From contig JAQSWP010000010.1 in NCBI GenBank assembly GCA_029266575.1, forward strand, positions 1 to 63,803: a stretch of DNA of 63,803 nucleotides, given 5' to 3'. This document shows positions 9,992 to 18,059 of this stretch, piece after piece (position 1 is the stretch's first letter; each line of letters starts with the position of its first letter). The DNA is from Alphaproteobacteria bacterium. GTDB lineage: Bacteria > Pseudomonadota > Alphaproteobacteria > Reyranellales > JAQSWP01. The notes below the pieces were generated by a model. The model saw nothing but the letters and a program-made list of their open reading frames with translations. It did no database searches and was not told where the DNA came from. A program made the position numbers and the translations under genes.

Positions 9992-10429
9992 ATGTCAGTT
10001 CTGACCGAATTCAAGAAATTCGCCATGCGCGGCAACGTGATCGATCTCGCCGTCGGCGTGGTCATCGGCGCCGCCTTCGGCAAGATCGTGTCCTCGCTGG
10101 TCGCCGACGTCATCATGCCGCCGATCGGCCTGCTGATGGGCGGGCTGGATTTCAGCAACATCTTCTGGACGCTCTCGGGTGGCGACTACAGGACATTGGC
10201 CGAAGCCAAGGCCGCCGGCGCCGCGACGATCAACGTCGGACTGTTCATCAACACGTTGATCGACTTCCTTGTCGTGGCGGCGGCGATTTTCCTGCTGGTG
10301 CGCCAGATCAACAGGCTGGTGCCGCCACCGCCGGCCTCGACCAAGGACTGCATCTACTGCGCCTCTCCGATTCCACTGAAAGCGACGCGCTGCCCGCAAT
10401 GCACTTCGCAACTTGAAGCCAAGGCATGA
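9992..10429 (+). CDS. mscL: large-conductance mechanosensitive channel MscL, with Cys-rich C-terminal tail
   Basis: ATG 9992 follows GAGGAG. Near-invariant MscL N-terminus [40 protein letters not shown]. The tail is CIYC-X10-CPQC. Confidence 0.9.
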   Translation: MSVLTEFKKFAMRGNVIDLAVGVVIGAAFGKIVSSLVADVIMPPIGLLMGGLDFSNIFWTLSGGDYRTLAEAKAAGAATINVGLFINTLIDFLVVAAAIFLLVRQINRLVPPPPASTKDCIYCASPIPLKATRCPQCTSQLEAKA

Positions 10430-11034
10430 ACGAGATCGTCAAGCCCGAAGACGTTCGCACGCTCTACGGCGAGCCGAGCGATCTGGTGCGCAAAAAGGTG
10501 CTGGACCGCCTGGACAAGCACTGCCAGCACTTCATCCGCCTCTCCCCCTTCGTGGTCATCGCCTCGTGCGACGACAGCGGCGCCGACGCCACGCCGCGCG
10601 GCGATGCGCCGGGCTTCGTCGCCATTCTCGGCGATCGCCGGCTGCTGATCCCCGACCGACGCGGCAACAACCGCATCGATACGCTGCTGAACGTGGCGCG
10701 CAATCCGCAGATCGGCCTGCTGTTCATGGTGCCGGGCGTCAACGAGACGCTACGTGTCAACGGCACCGGTCGCATCACCAGCGACGCTGCCTTGCTCGAG
10801 CCGCTGGCAGCGCAGGGCAAGGTGCCGACTTCGGCGCTGGAGGTGGAGGTGCATGAAGCCTTCTTCCATTGCGGCAAGGCGATGATCCGCTCGCGCCTGT
10901 GGGAAGCCGATGCGAAAATCGATCGTAAAACCTTCCCCTCGCTGGGCCGCATCGTGGCCGACCAGATCGCCGGTATCGACGTTGAAGCCGCTGAAAAGAA
11001 TCTCGAAGAAGCCTATCGCACCCGCCTCTACTGA
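10426..11034 (+). CDS. pyridoxamine 5'-phosphate oxidase-like (PPOX-type) FMN-binding family protein
   Basis: The ATG overlaps the mscL stop (ATGA). 202 aa. Family assigned from overall resemblance ([25 protein letters not shown]...[21 protein letters not shown]), recognised from memory. Confidence 0.7.
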   Translation: MNEIVKPEDVRTLYGEPSDLVRKKVLDRLDKHCQHFIRLSPFVVIASCDDSGADATPRGDAPGFVAILGDRRLLIPDRRGNNRIDTLLNVARNPQIGLLFMVPGVNETLRVNGTGRITSDAALLEPLAAQGKVPTSALEVEVHEAFFHCGKAMIRSRLWEADAKIDRKTFPSLGRIVADQIAGIDVEAAEKNLEEAYRTRLY

Positions 11035-11127
11035 TTCCGCGGCACCATTGCCGAAAGCAACGCTGGTTTTCCTGGTGTCATCGAGCGTGCTTGCCTATCG
11101 TGCGGCACGTCGATCCTTAAGGCAGGC

Positions 11128-11442
11128 ATGTCAGCAAACAAACCGCCTCGACCTCCCGTCCGCATAGCACCCGAGTTTTCCGGCCTGGGTGGTCTGGCGC
11201 AGGCGCTCAAAGGCGATGGCGCCGGCACAGGCGTCGGGCGGAACGCCGCCGTGCTGGACGGTGATGCGACCTGGACGGTGCTGGGCGTCAGCGCCTTGTG
11301 GCAGACGGCGGCGGAGAATGCGGCCCGCCTGTCCGGCATGGAGTTGAACCGGTGGCTGGCATTGGCCATCGCGGATGCCGCCGTGGCACAAGGCGTCAAG
11401 CCTGCAGCCGCCTCGCATGATGCGCCAGATGATCGGGCATGA
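11128..11442 (+). CDS. hypothetical small protein
   Basis: 104-aa ORF with strong third-position G/C bias. WTVLGV...AARLSGMELNRWLALAI resembles a W-x-V-K-G-I...GM-x-L-G-E-W-L motif I recall from PodJ-like alphaproteobacterial N-termini. Its 3' end overlaps the fghA 3' end by 47 nt (convergent). Confidence 0.4.
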   Translation: MSANKPPRPPVRIAPEFSGLGGLAQALKGDGAGTGVGRNAAVLDGDATWTVLGVSALWQTAAENAARLSGMELNRWLALAIADAAVAQGVKPAAASHDAPDDRA

Positions 11443-12241
11443 ACGTCTGGATGAAATAGTAGCTGTGATCGTAGCCGGCATGGCGCCGTAGCGTCAGGGG
11501 CTGTTGCGTCCTGGCGCAAGCGACCTGCAACAGCTCGGGCTTCAGCTGCTCGGCAAGAAACTGGTCGCTCATTCCCTGGTCGATCAGGATCGGACCGGTC
11601 GTGCGACCGCTGCCGACGAGCTCGGTGGCATCGTAAACGCGCCAGCTTTCCTGGTCGGGGCCGAGATAATTGCCGAAGGCCTTTTTGCCCCAGGGCGATT
11701 GCATGGGCGCAGCGATCGGCGCGAAGGCGGACAGCGATTTGAACCGGTCGGGATTGCGCAGCCCGACCACCAGTGCGCCATGCCCGCCCATCGAGTGGCC
11801 GAAAATGCCCCAGCGCGTGGAATCGACGGGAAATTCGCGCTCGGCCAGCACAGGCAATTCGCTGCTGACGTAGGAATACATGCGATAGCCCTGACGCCAC
11901 GGCTCGTGCGTGGCATCGACGTAGAAGCCGGCGCCCAGACCGAAATCCCAGCTCGCATCGTCGCCCGCATAGCGCCTGTCTCGCGGCGAAGTGTCGGGCG
12001 CTATCAGCGCCAGTCCAAGCCGCGCCGCTTCGCCCAAGGCGCCGCCCTTGGTCATGAACGTCTCTTCGGTGCAGGTCAGGCCGGCGAGATACATCAGCAC
12101 CGGCACTTTCCCCTGCTCCGCCTGCGGCGGCAGGAACACGGCAAAGCGCATGCGCCCGCCGATTTCACGCGAATCGTGCTCGTAGAACCGGACGGTGCCG
12201 CCGAAGCAGCGATGCAGGCTGCGCTGCGTCAGATCGGGCAT
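11396..12241 (-). CDS. fghA: S-formylglutathione hydrolase (esterase D family)
   Basis: ATG 12241 overlaps the adhC stop (ATGA). Motifs LMYLAGLTCTEETF, nucleophile elbow GHSMGGHGAL and C-terminal YDHSYYFI. Confidence 0.9.
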   Translation of the reverse strand: MPDLTQRSLHRCFGGTVRFYEHDSREIGGRMRFAVFLPPQAEQGKVPVLMYLAGLTCTEETFMTKGGALGEAARLGLALIAPDTSPRDRRYAGDDASWDFGLGAGFYVDATHEPWRQGYRMYSYVSSELPVLAEREFPVDSTRWGIFGHSMGGHGALVVGLRNPDRFKSLSAFAPIAAPMQSPWGKKAFGNYLGPDQESWRVYDATELVGSGRTTGPILIDQGMSDQFLAEQLKPELLQVACARTQQPLTLRRHAGYDHSYYFIQTFMPDHLAHHARRLQA

Positions 12242-13350
12242 CAGAACTCGACCACGGCACGAATCGACTTGCCGGCATGCATCAGGTCGAAGCCTTCGTT
12301 GATGTTGTCCAGTTTCAGTTTGTGGGTGATCAGCCTGTCGATGTCGATCTTGCCGTCCATGTACCAATCGACGATCTTGGGAACGTCGGTACGCCCTCGC
12401 GCACCGCCAAACGCCGTGCCTTTCCAGGTGCGGCCAGTGACGAGCTGGAACGGGCGGGTCGAGATTTCCTTTCCTGCGGCCGCCACGCCGATGATGATGC
12501 TCTGGCCCCAACCCTTATGGGCGCATTCCAGCGCCTGGCGCATCACGGTGGTGTTGCCGGTGCAGTCGAAGCTGTAATCGGCGCCGCCTTTGGTCAGCTC
12601 AACCAAGTGGTCCACAAGGTCGCCCTGCACTTCCTTCGGGTTGACGAAATCGGTCATGCCGAATTCGTGCGCCAGGTTGGATTTGCTGGGATTGACGTCA
12701 ACACCGACGATCTGTGCAGCACCTACCATGCGCGCGCCTTGGATTACGTTCAGCCCGATGCCGCCCAGACCGAACACCACGACTCTGGCGCCGGTTTCGA
12801 CCTTGGCGGTCCAGATCACCGCCCCGATCCCGGTGGTTACACCGCAGCCGATGTAGCAGACCTTGTCGAACGGCGCGTCGGGGCGAATCTTGGCGACGGC
12901 GATTTCGGGCACCACGATGTGATTGGCGAAAGTCGAGGTGCCCATATAGTGCAGGATCGGCTTGCCCTCGAACTTGAAGCGCGAGGTGCCGTCGGGCATC
13001 AGCCCCTTGCCTTGGGTGGTGCGGATCTTCTGGCACAGATTGGTCTTGCGCGAGAGGCAGTATTCGCACTCGCGGCATTCGGGCGTGTAGAGCGGAATGA
13101 CGTGGTCGCCCTTCTTCACGCTGGTGACGCCGGAACCGACATCGACTACCACGCCGGCGCCTTCGTGGCCCAGGATCGCGGGGAACAATCCTTCCGGATC
13201 GTCGCCCGAGAGAGTGTAGGCGTCGGTGTGGCAGATGCCGGTGGCCTTGACCTCGATCAGCACTTCGCCCGCCCGCGGGCCTTCCAGCTCGACCTCGACA
13301 ATCTGCAACGGCTTGCCGGCGGCAAAGGCGACAGCGGCGCGGGTCTTCAT
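12241..13350 (-). CDS. adhC: S-(hydroxymethyl)glutathione dehydrogenase / class III alcohol dehydrogenase
   Basis: 369 aa. Motifs [20 protein letters not shown], structural Zn site [15 protein letters not shown] and NAD site [13 protein letters not shown]. Confidence 0.95.
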   Translation of the reverse strand: MKTRAAVAFAAGKPLQIVEVELEGPRAGEVLIEVKATGICHTDAYTLSGDDPEGLFPAILGHEGAGVVVDVGSGVTSVKKGDHVIPLYTPECRECEYCLSRKTNLCQKIRTTQGKGLMPDGTSRFKFEGKPILHYMGTSTFANHIVVPEIAVAKIRPDAPFDKVCYIGCGVTTGIGAVIWTAKVETGARVVVFGLGGIGLNVIQGARMVGAAQIVGVDVNPSKSNLAHEFGMTDFVNPKEVQGDLVDHLVELTKGGADYSFDCTGNTTVMRQALECAHKGWGQSIIIGVAAAGKEISTRPFQLVTGRTWKGTAFGGARGRTDVPKIVDWYMDGKIDIDRLITHKLKLDNINEGFDLMHAGKSIRAVVEF

Positions 13351-13451
13351 TTTTTCTGCTCCCGATCAATGGCTTGCGCCCAGTGTGCCGTCCCGGTCGC
13401 AAACCGGCAATGGGACTTCCGGGGACGCGGCCCCCGTGTCAGGCTTTGGCC

Positions 13452-14672
13452 ATGACTGAAACCACCTTGCAGGTCGATTGCTGCATTGCCGGCGGCGGCC
13501 CGGCCGGCATGATGCTGGGCCTGCTGCTGGCGCGCGCCGGCGTTTCCGTCGCGGTGCTGGAAAAGCATGGCGACTTTCTGCGCGATTTCCGCGGCGATAC
13601 GATTCATCCGTCAACCCTCGAACTAATTTACGAGTTGGGACTGCTGGAGCAGTTCCTGGCCCTGCCGCACCAGAAGACCGAGAAGCTGGTGGCGCAGATT
13701 GGCGACGATGCATTTACCATCGCCGATTTCACCCATCTGCCGGTGCGATGCCCGTATATCGCCTTCATGCCGCAATGGGATTTCCTGAACTTTCTCGCAG
13801 CGCAAGCGCGCACCTACACCGGCTTCCATCTGTACACGCGCGCCAAGGCCGTCGATCTGCTGCGCAGCGGCGATGTCGTCACGGGATTGCGCGCCGAGAC
13901 CGCCGACGGATCGATGACCGTGCATTGCAAGCTGGTGGTCGGCGCCGATGGCCGCACGTCGAAGATCCGCACCAAGGCCGGGCTGGTTCCGCAAACGCTC
14001 GGCGCGCCCATGGACGTGCTGTGGTTCTCCATCCCGCGCGCGCCCGGAGATCCGGCGCAAGCAATGGGCCGCTTCGATGCCGGCCGCATTTTCGTGCTGA
14101 TCAATCGCGGCGATTACTGGCAGTCCGGCTTCGTCATTCCCAAAGGCTCCGCCGAGCAGGTGCGGGCGCGCGGCCTGCCCGCCTTTCGCGCCGCCATTGC
14201 CGGCGTGGCGCCGTTCCTGGGCGACCGGCTCGACACCATCGCCGACTGGGAGCAGGTCAAGCTGCTGACGGTGGGCGTCGATCGGCTGGAGCAATGGTAC
14301 CGGCCGGGAGTGCTGTGCATCGGCGATGCGGCGCACACCATGTCGCCGGTGGGCGGCGTCGGCATCAATCTCGCCGTCCAGGACGCAGTCGCTGCCGCCA
14401 ACATTCTTGCCGGTCCGCTGCGCGACGGCACAGTGACGCCGGAGCATCTGCGGCAAGTGCAACGGCGTCGCTCCCTGCCGGTGCGCGTGGTCCAGCGCCT
14501 GCAGGTGATCGTGCAGAAGCGCATCATCGGCACGGTGTTGACCAGCAGCAGTCGCCCGCAATTGCCGCGCGTCGTGCTCTGGCTGCTGCGCCTGCCATTC
14601 TTCCCCCGACTGCCCGCGCGGTTGATCGGGCTGGGCCTGCGACGCGAGCACATACGCACGCCTGTCAGATGA
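13452..14672 (+). CDS. FAD-dependent monooxygenase/oxidoreductase
   Basis: ATG 13452. Dinucleotide motif IAGGGPAGMMLGLLLARAG. GDAAHTMSPVGGVGINLAVQDA is typical of UbiH/PheA-type flavoprotein monooxygenases. Confidence 0.8.
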   Translation: MTETTLQVDCCIAGGGPAGMMLGLLLARAGVSVAVLEKHGDFLRDFRGDTIHPSTLELIYELGLLEQFLALPHQKTEKLVAQIGDDAFTIADFTHLPVRCPYIAFMPQWDFLNFLAAQARTYTGFHLYTRAKAVDLLRSGDVVTGLRAETADGSMTVHCKLVVGADGRTSKIRTKAGLVPQTLGAPMDVLWFSIPRAPGDPAQAMGRFDAGRIFVLINRGDYWQSGFVIPKGSAEQVRARGLPAFRAAIAGVAPFLGDRLDTIADWEQVKLLTVGVDRLEQWYRPGVLCIGDAAHTMSPVGGVGINLAVQDAVAAANILAGPLRDGTVTPEHLRQVQRRRSLPVRVVQRLQVIVQKRIIGTVLTSSSRPQLPRVVLWLLRLPFFPRLPARLIGLGLRREHIRTPVR

Positions 14673-14719
14673 CGGAGGCTCTTCCCTGCCCGGCTCGCCT
14701 GGGGCAGGGTAGCGCCGCC

Positions 14720-15145
14720 ATGGCCCTTATCCCCATCACCAGCCGACTGGCGATCGACGAGCGCGAGCTAGAAGAAAGCTTCATCCAGGCCTCCGGTCCC
14801 GGCGGCCAAAACGTCAACAAGGTAGCGACCGCGGTACAGCTGCGCTTCGATGCGCGCAACTCGCCGGCGCTGACGCCCGAAGTGCGTGCGCGTTTGTGGA
14901 AGCTTGCCGGCCGGCGCATCACCCAGGACGGCATCCTGCTGATCGTTGCCCGCGAGCACCGCACGCAGGAGCGCAATCGCGCTGCGGCGCGGCAGAAACT
15001 CATCGAATTGTTGAAGGAGGCGACGGTTCAGCCGCGCGTGCGCAAGGCGACCAAACCGAGCAAGGCCAGCAAGCAGCGTCGGCTTGACTCCAAAACCCGC
15101 CGCTCAAGCGTCAAGAAGCTGCGGCAGTCGCGCTCTGACGACTAG
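14720..15145 (+). CDS. arfB: alternative ribosome-rescue factor ArfB (peptidyl-tRNA hydrolase, YaeJ-type)
   Basis: 141 aa. GGQ motif SGPGGQNVNKV and a basic C-terminal tail KATKPSKASKQRRLDSKTRRSSVKKLRQ. Confidence 0.9.
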   Translation: MALIPITSRLAIDERELEESFIQASGPGGQNVNKVATAVQLRFDARNSPALTPEVRARLWKLAGRRITQDGILLIVAREHRTQERNRAAARQKLIELLKEATVQPRVRKATKPSKASKQRRLDSKTRRSSVKKLRQSRSDD

Positions 15146-15152
15146 GCTCAAT

Positions 15153-16166
15153 CTACCGAGGAAAGCGCACCATGCGGCCCTGCTCTTCGTCCCACAGCGC
15201 GTAGCGGAAGCTCGACAGGCCCCGCCACAGATTCAAAGTCGGCACGCGCTCGAGTTCGGGCGCCGCCTCGTGGCATTCCTGAAGGCGATAGTTCGGCACT
15301 CGCGAGTTCAGGTGATGGACGTGGTGGTAGCCGATATTGCCGGTGAACCATTGCAGCACCCGCGGCAGGCGCAGGAAGGAGCTGCCTTGCAGCGACGCAG
15401 TGAGCGGATCCCATTTGTCCTTGCGCAGCCATTGCGTGCCTTCGAACCGATGCTGGATGGAGAACAGCCAGACGCCGAACACGGCGGCGATAGCGGAGAT
15501 CGGCAGCTGCACCATGGCAACCTCGCCAAACCCGATCGCCAGGCCCATTCCGACCGCGATCGCGACCAGGGCCGCGTTGGTGAGATGCACCACCAGCCGC
15601 TCCTTGCGCCATTCCTTGGGCGTATCGAACGGCAGCCGGTATAGCACCAGGAAAATCAACGGCGGCAGCAGCACCAGCGTAATGAGCGGATGGCGCACCA
15701 CGCGGTACATCATGCGCTTGAAAGGCGGCATGGCGTTGTATTCCGCCACAGTCAGGCAGGTGGAATAGATATCGGTGCCGCTTTCACGGCGATCGAGGTT
15801 GTTCCAGTTGCCGTGATGGCCGGCATGTTGCCGCTGCCAGTTGGCATAGGGGGTCAGGGTGAACAGGCTGCAGACCGTGCCCAGCGCGTCGTTGGCCCAG
15901 CGCCGTCCGAAGAACGAACCGTGGCCGCAATCGTGCTGGATGATGAAAATGCGCACCATCAGCCCGGCGGCAATCAGCGCCAGCCCGGCCGTGGCCCAGA
16001 ACGACCAGTGGACGGTGAAATACATCGCCGTGCAGACGGCGAAAAACGGCAGAAACGTGTTCGCGATTTGCCACAGGCTGCGGCGAAGGATGGGTGATTG
16101 ATGCTCGCGCAGCGCTTTACGCAGTGACACGGGATCAGCGGGCTTGCCCGCCGGGGTCGATAACAT
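15153..16166 (-). CDS. membrane fatty acid desaturase
   Basis: ATG 16166. Three His boxes (HDCGHGS, QHAGHHGNW, HHVHH) and hydrophobic segments. Confidence 0.85.
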   Translation of the reverse strand: MLSTPAGKPADPVSLRKALREHQSPILRRSLWQIANTFLPFFAVCTAMYFTVHWSFWATAGLALIAAGLMVRIFIIQHDCGHGSFFGRRWANDALGTVCSLFTLTPYANWQRQHAGHHGNWNNLDRRESGTDIYSTCLTVAEYNAMPPFKRMMYRVVRHPLITLVLLPPLIFLVLYRLPFDTPKEWRKERLVVHLTNAALVAIAVGMGLAIGFGEVAMVQLPISAIAAVFGVWLFSIQHRFEGTQWLRKDKWDPLTASLQGSSFLRLPRVLQWFTGNIGYHHVHHLNSRVPNYRLQECHEAAPELERVPTLNLWRGLSSFRYALWDEEQGRMVRFPR

Positions 16167-16258
16167 GGAACTAATATAGGTATGCCGCGCCCGCAGGTCG
16201 AGGAAACAACATCGTTCAATTGTGGCGGCAGAGCCGAATATGGCGGCGCAGGAATTAT

Positions 16259-17125
16259 CTAAAGCTTTTTCAACGCCTCCAGCGACGGCAGCGGCCGGCA
16301 GGCGCGTTCGTAATCCTTCCACGGATCGGCGGTTTTAAAGGCAGCCGCCGCCCGGTCGAGCGTGAAACGCGGTACGGCGCGCTTTTTCTCGATGAACGAC
16401 CATGCGATCGGCACGGCAATCGGCGCACCCTCGCGCGCCCGTGGCGACCAGGCGGCGACGGCCGTCGCCGTCCTGCCATTGCGCAGATAGTCGAGAAAGA
16501 CGCGGCCTTTGCGCCTGGCCTTGCGGACATTTGTGGTGTAGGCGTCCGGCTTGTCCGCCGCCATCGCCTCGACCAAGGCGCGCGCGAATTCCTTGGCTTC
16601 TTCCCATTCGGCGCGCGGCTGCAGCGGCGCCACGACGTGCAGTCCCTTGCCGCCGGTGACTTTCAAGAAAGCGCCCAGCCCGAGCCGGTGCAAATAGTCG
16701 CGCATGTCGAAGGCGGCGCGGCGCAGATCGGCGAAGCTCAGGCCTTTGTCCGGATCGAGATCGAAGGTCAGATAATCGGGCTGCTCGAGGGCGCTTGCCG
16801 TCGAGGCCCAGGGATGGATCTCCACCGCAGCGATCTGCGCCAGTGCCGGCAGGGCCTCGGCGCTGGTGATCATGAGATAGGGTTTGGGCTCGCCCTTCAC
16901 CTTCACGGTGCCGATCAGCTTGGACATGCCCTTCATGGCATGGCGCTGGTAGAACACCTCGCCCTTGAAGCCATCGGGCGCGCGGATGATGGTGAGCGGC
17001 CGGTTGGCGACAAATGGCATCAGCCTTGTGGCTGCCGCCTCGTAGTAGTCGCGCAGATCGGCCTTGCTGATGTCGCGCCAGAGCAGCTTGTCGGGATTGG
17101 TGAGTCTGACGGGAGACGCGGCCAT
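16259..17125 (-). CDS. stand-alone LigD polymerase/primase domain protein (NHEJ PolDom, AEP family)
   Basis: Motifs LTFDLDPDKG and KVTGGKGLHVVAPL. About 290 aa, with no ligase or phosphoesterase domain in the ORF. Start is ATG 17125 or GTG 17152. Confidence 0.8.
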   Translation of the reverse strand: MAASPVRLTNPDKLLWRDISKADLRDYYEAAATRLMPFVANRPLTIIRAPDGFKGEVFYQRHAMKGMSKLIGTVKVKGEPKPYLMITSAEALPALAQIAAVEIHPWASTASALEQPDYLTFDLDPDKGLSFADLRRAAFDMRDYLHRLGLGAFLKVTGGKGLHVVAPLQPRAEWEEAKEFARALVEAMAADKPDAYTTNVRKARRKGRVFLDYLRNGRTATAVAAWSPRAREGAPIAVPIAWSFIEKKRAVPRFTLDRAAAAFKTADPWKDYERACRPLPSLEALKKL

Positions 17126-17158
17126 CGTTTGCCAACGCCTCCCCCGCGTCACCGTTCC

Positions 17159-17791
17159 CTATCGGCCCAGCGTATAGGGCCCGCCCTTCTCCAGCGCCTT
17201 CTGCCATGCTGGCCGCGCCTGAATTTTCTCGGCGAAGCGCTTGAGATTGGGGAAGGCATCGAGCATGCCGCGGCCCTGCAATATGTCGGCGACGAAGCTG
17301 AGCATGAAATCGGCGCCCGACAATTTGTTGCCGACGAACCAGTCGTGCGATCCCAGCGCCTGGTTCATGTAGCCGAGATGATTGAGGATCTCGCTGTTGA
17401 TGCGCGGCTGCAAGGGCGCGCCGCCTTCGCCCAGGCGGCCGGTGTAGAGCGCCAGCATGAAGGGCAGCATGGCCGAGCCCTCGGCGAAATGCAGCCATTG
17501 CTGGTAGGCGACGTAGTCGGGCGAATTCTCCGCCGGCTGGAACCTGTCCTTGCCGTATTTGCGGATCAGATAATCGGTGATGGCGCCCGACTCGGCGACC
17601 TTGACCCCGTCATCCTCAATCACCGGCGACTTGCCGAGCGGATGCACCGCTTTCAATTCCGGCGGCGCCAGCCGCGTCGTGGCATCGCGCTGGTAGTGCT
17701 TGATCTGGTACGGCACGCCCAATTCTTCCAGCAGCCACAGTATGCGCTGCGAGCGGGAGTTGTTGAGATGGTGGAGGGTGATCATGGGCAA
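17159..17791 (-). CDS. glutathione S-transferase family protein
   Basis: 210 aa. N-domain ITLHHLNNSRSQRILWLLEELGVPY and HPLGKSPVIEDDG, followed by a helical C-domain. Confidence 0.85.
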   Translation of the reverse strand: MPMITLHHLNNSRSQRILWLLEELGVPYQIKHYQRDATTRLAPPELKAVHPLGKSPVIEDDGVKVAESGAITDYLIRKYGKDRFQPAENSPDYVAYQQWLHFAEGSAMLPFMLALYTGRLGEGGAPLQPRINSEILNHLGYMNQALGSHDWFVGNKLSGADFMLSFVADILQGRGMLDAFPNLKRFAEKIQARPAWQKALEKGGPYTLGR

Positions 17792-17850
17792 TCTCCAATG
17801 CGGTCGCTGCCCGCATGATACGCGGAACCGGCCGAGGAGATGGACTCGCT

Positions 17851-17926
17851 TGGCGTCCCCACGGGGATTCGAACCCCGGTTTACGCCGTGAGAGGGCGTC
17901 GTCCTAGGCCTCTAGACGATGGGGAC
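17851..17926 (-). tRNA. tRNA-Glu (anticodon CUC)
   Basis: The reverse complement reads GTCCCCATCGTCTAGAGGCCTAGGACGACGCCCTCTCACGGCGTAAACCGGGGTTCGAATCCCCGTGGGGACGCCA. It has a 7-bp acceptor stem, a D arm GTCT/GGAC, an anticodon stem ACGCC/GGCGT with loop CTCTCAC, a T arm CGGGG-TTCGAAT-CCCCG and an encoded CCA. Confidence 0.9.
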
Positions 17927-18059
17927 AGAGGCGGTAAGACCCGCTAGATAGTCCAAGCCGGCCGCGCGATCAAGCCCCGCGCCAAAAGCCTCCCGATCCG
18001 GTGATCGAGAATGCCGCTCTGGTCGAGTACCGTTTCCTGCGCGGCTTCGATCCTGCCTG

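Noticed and set aside
17851-17926. tRNA-Glu as a possible genomic-island integration site.
   Set aside because: There is no integrase, no direct repeat of the tRNA 3' end and no compositional shift on either side. The flanking genes (GST, opgH) are ordinary.
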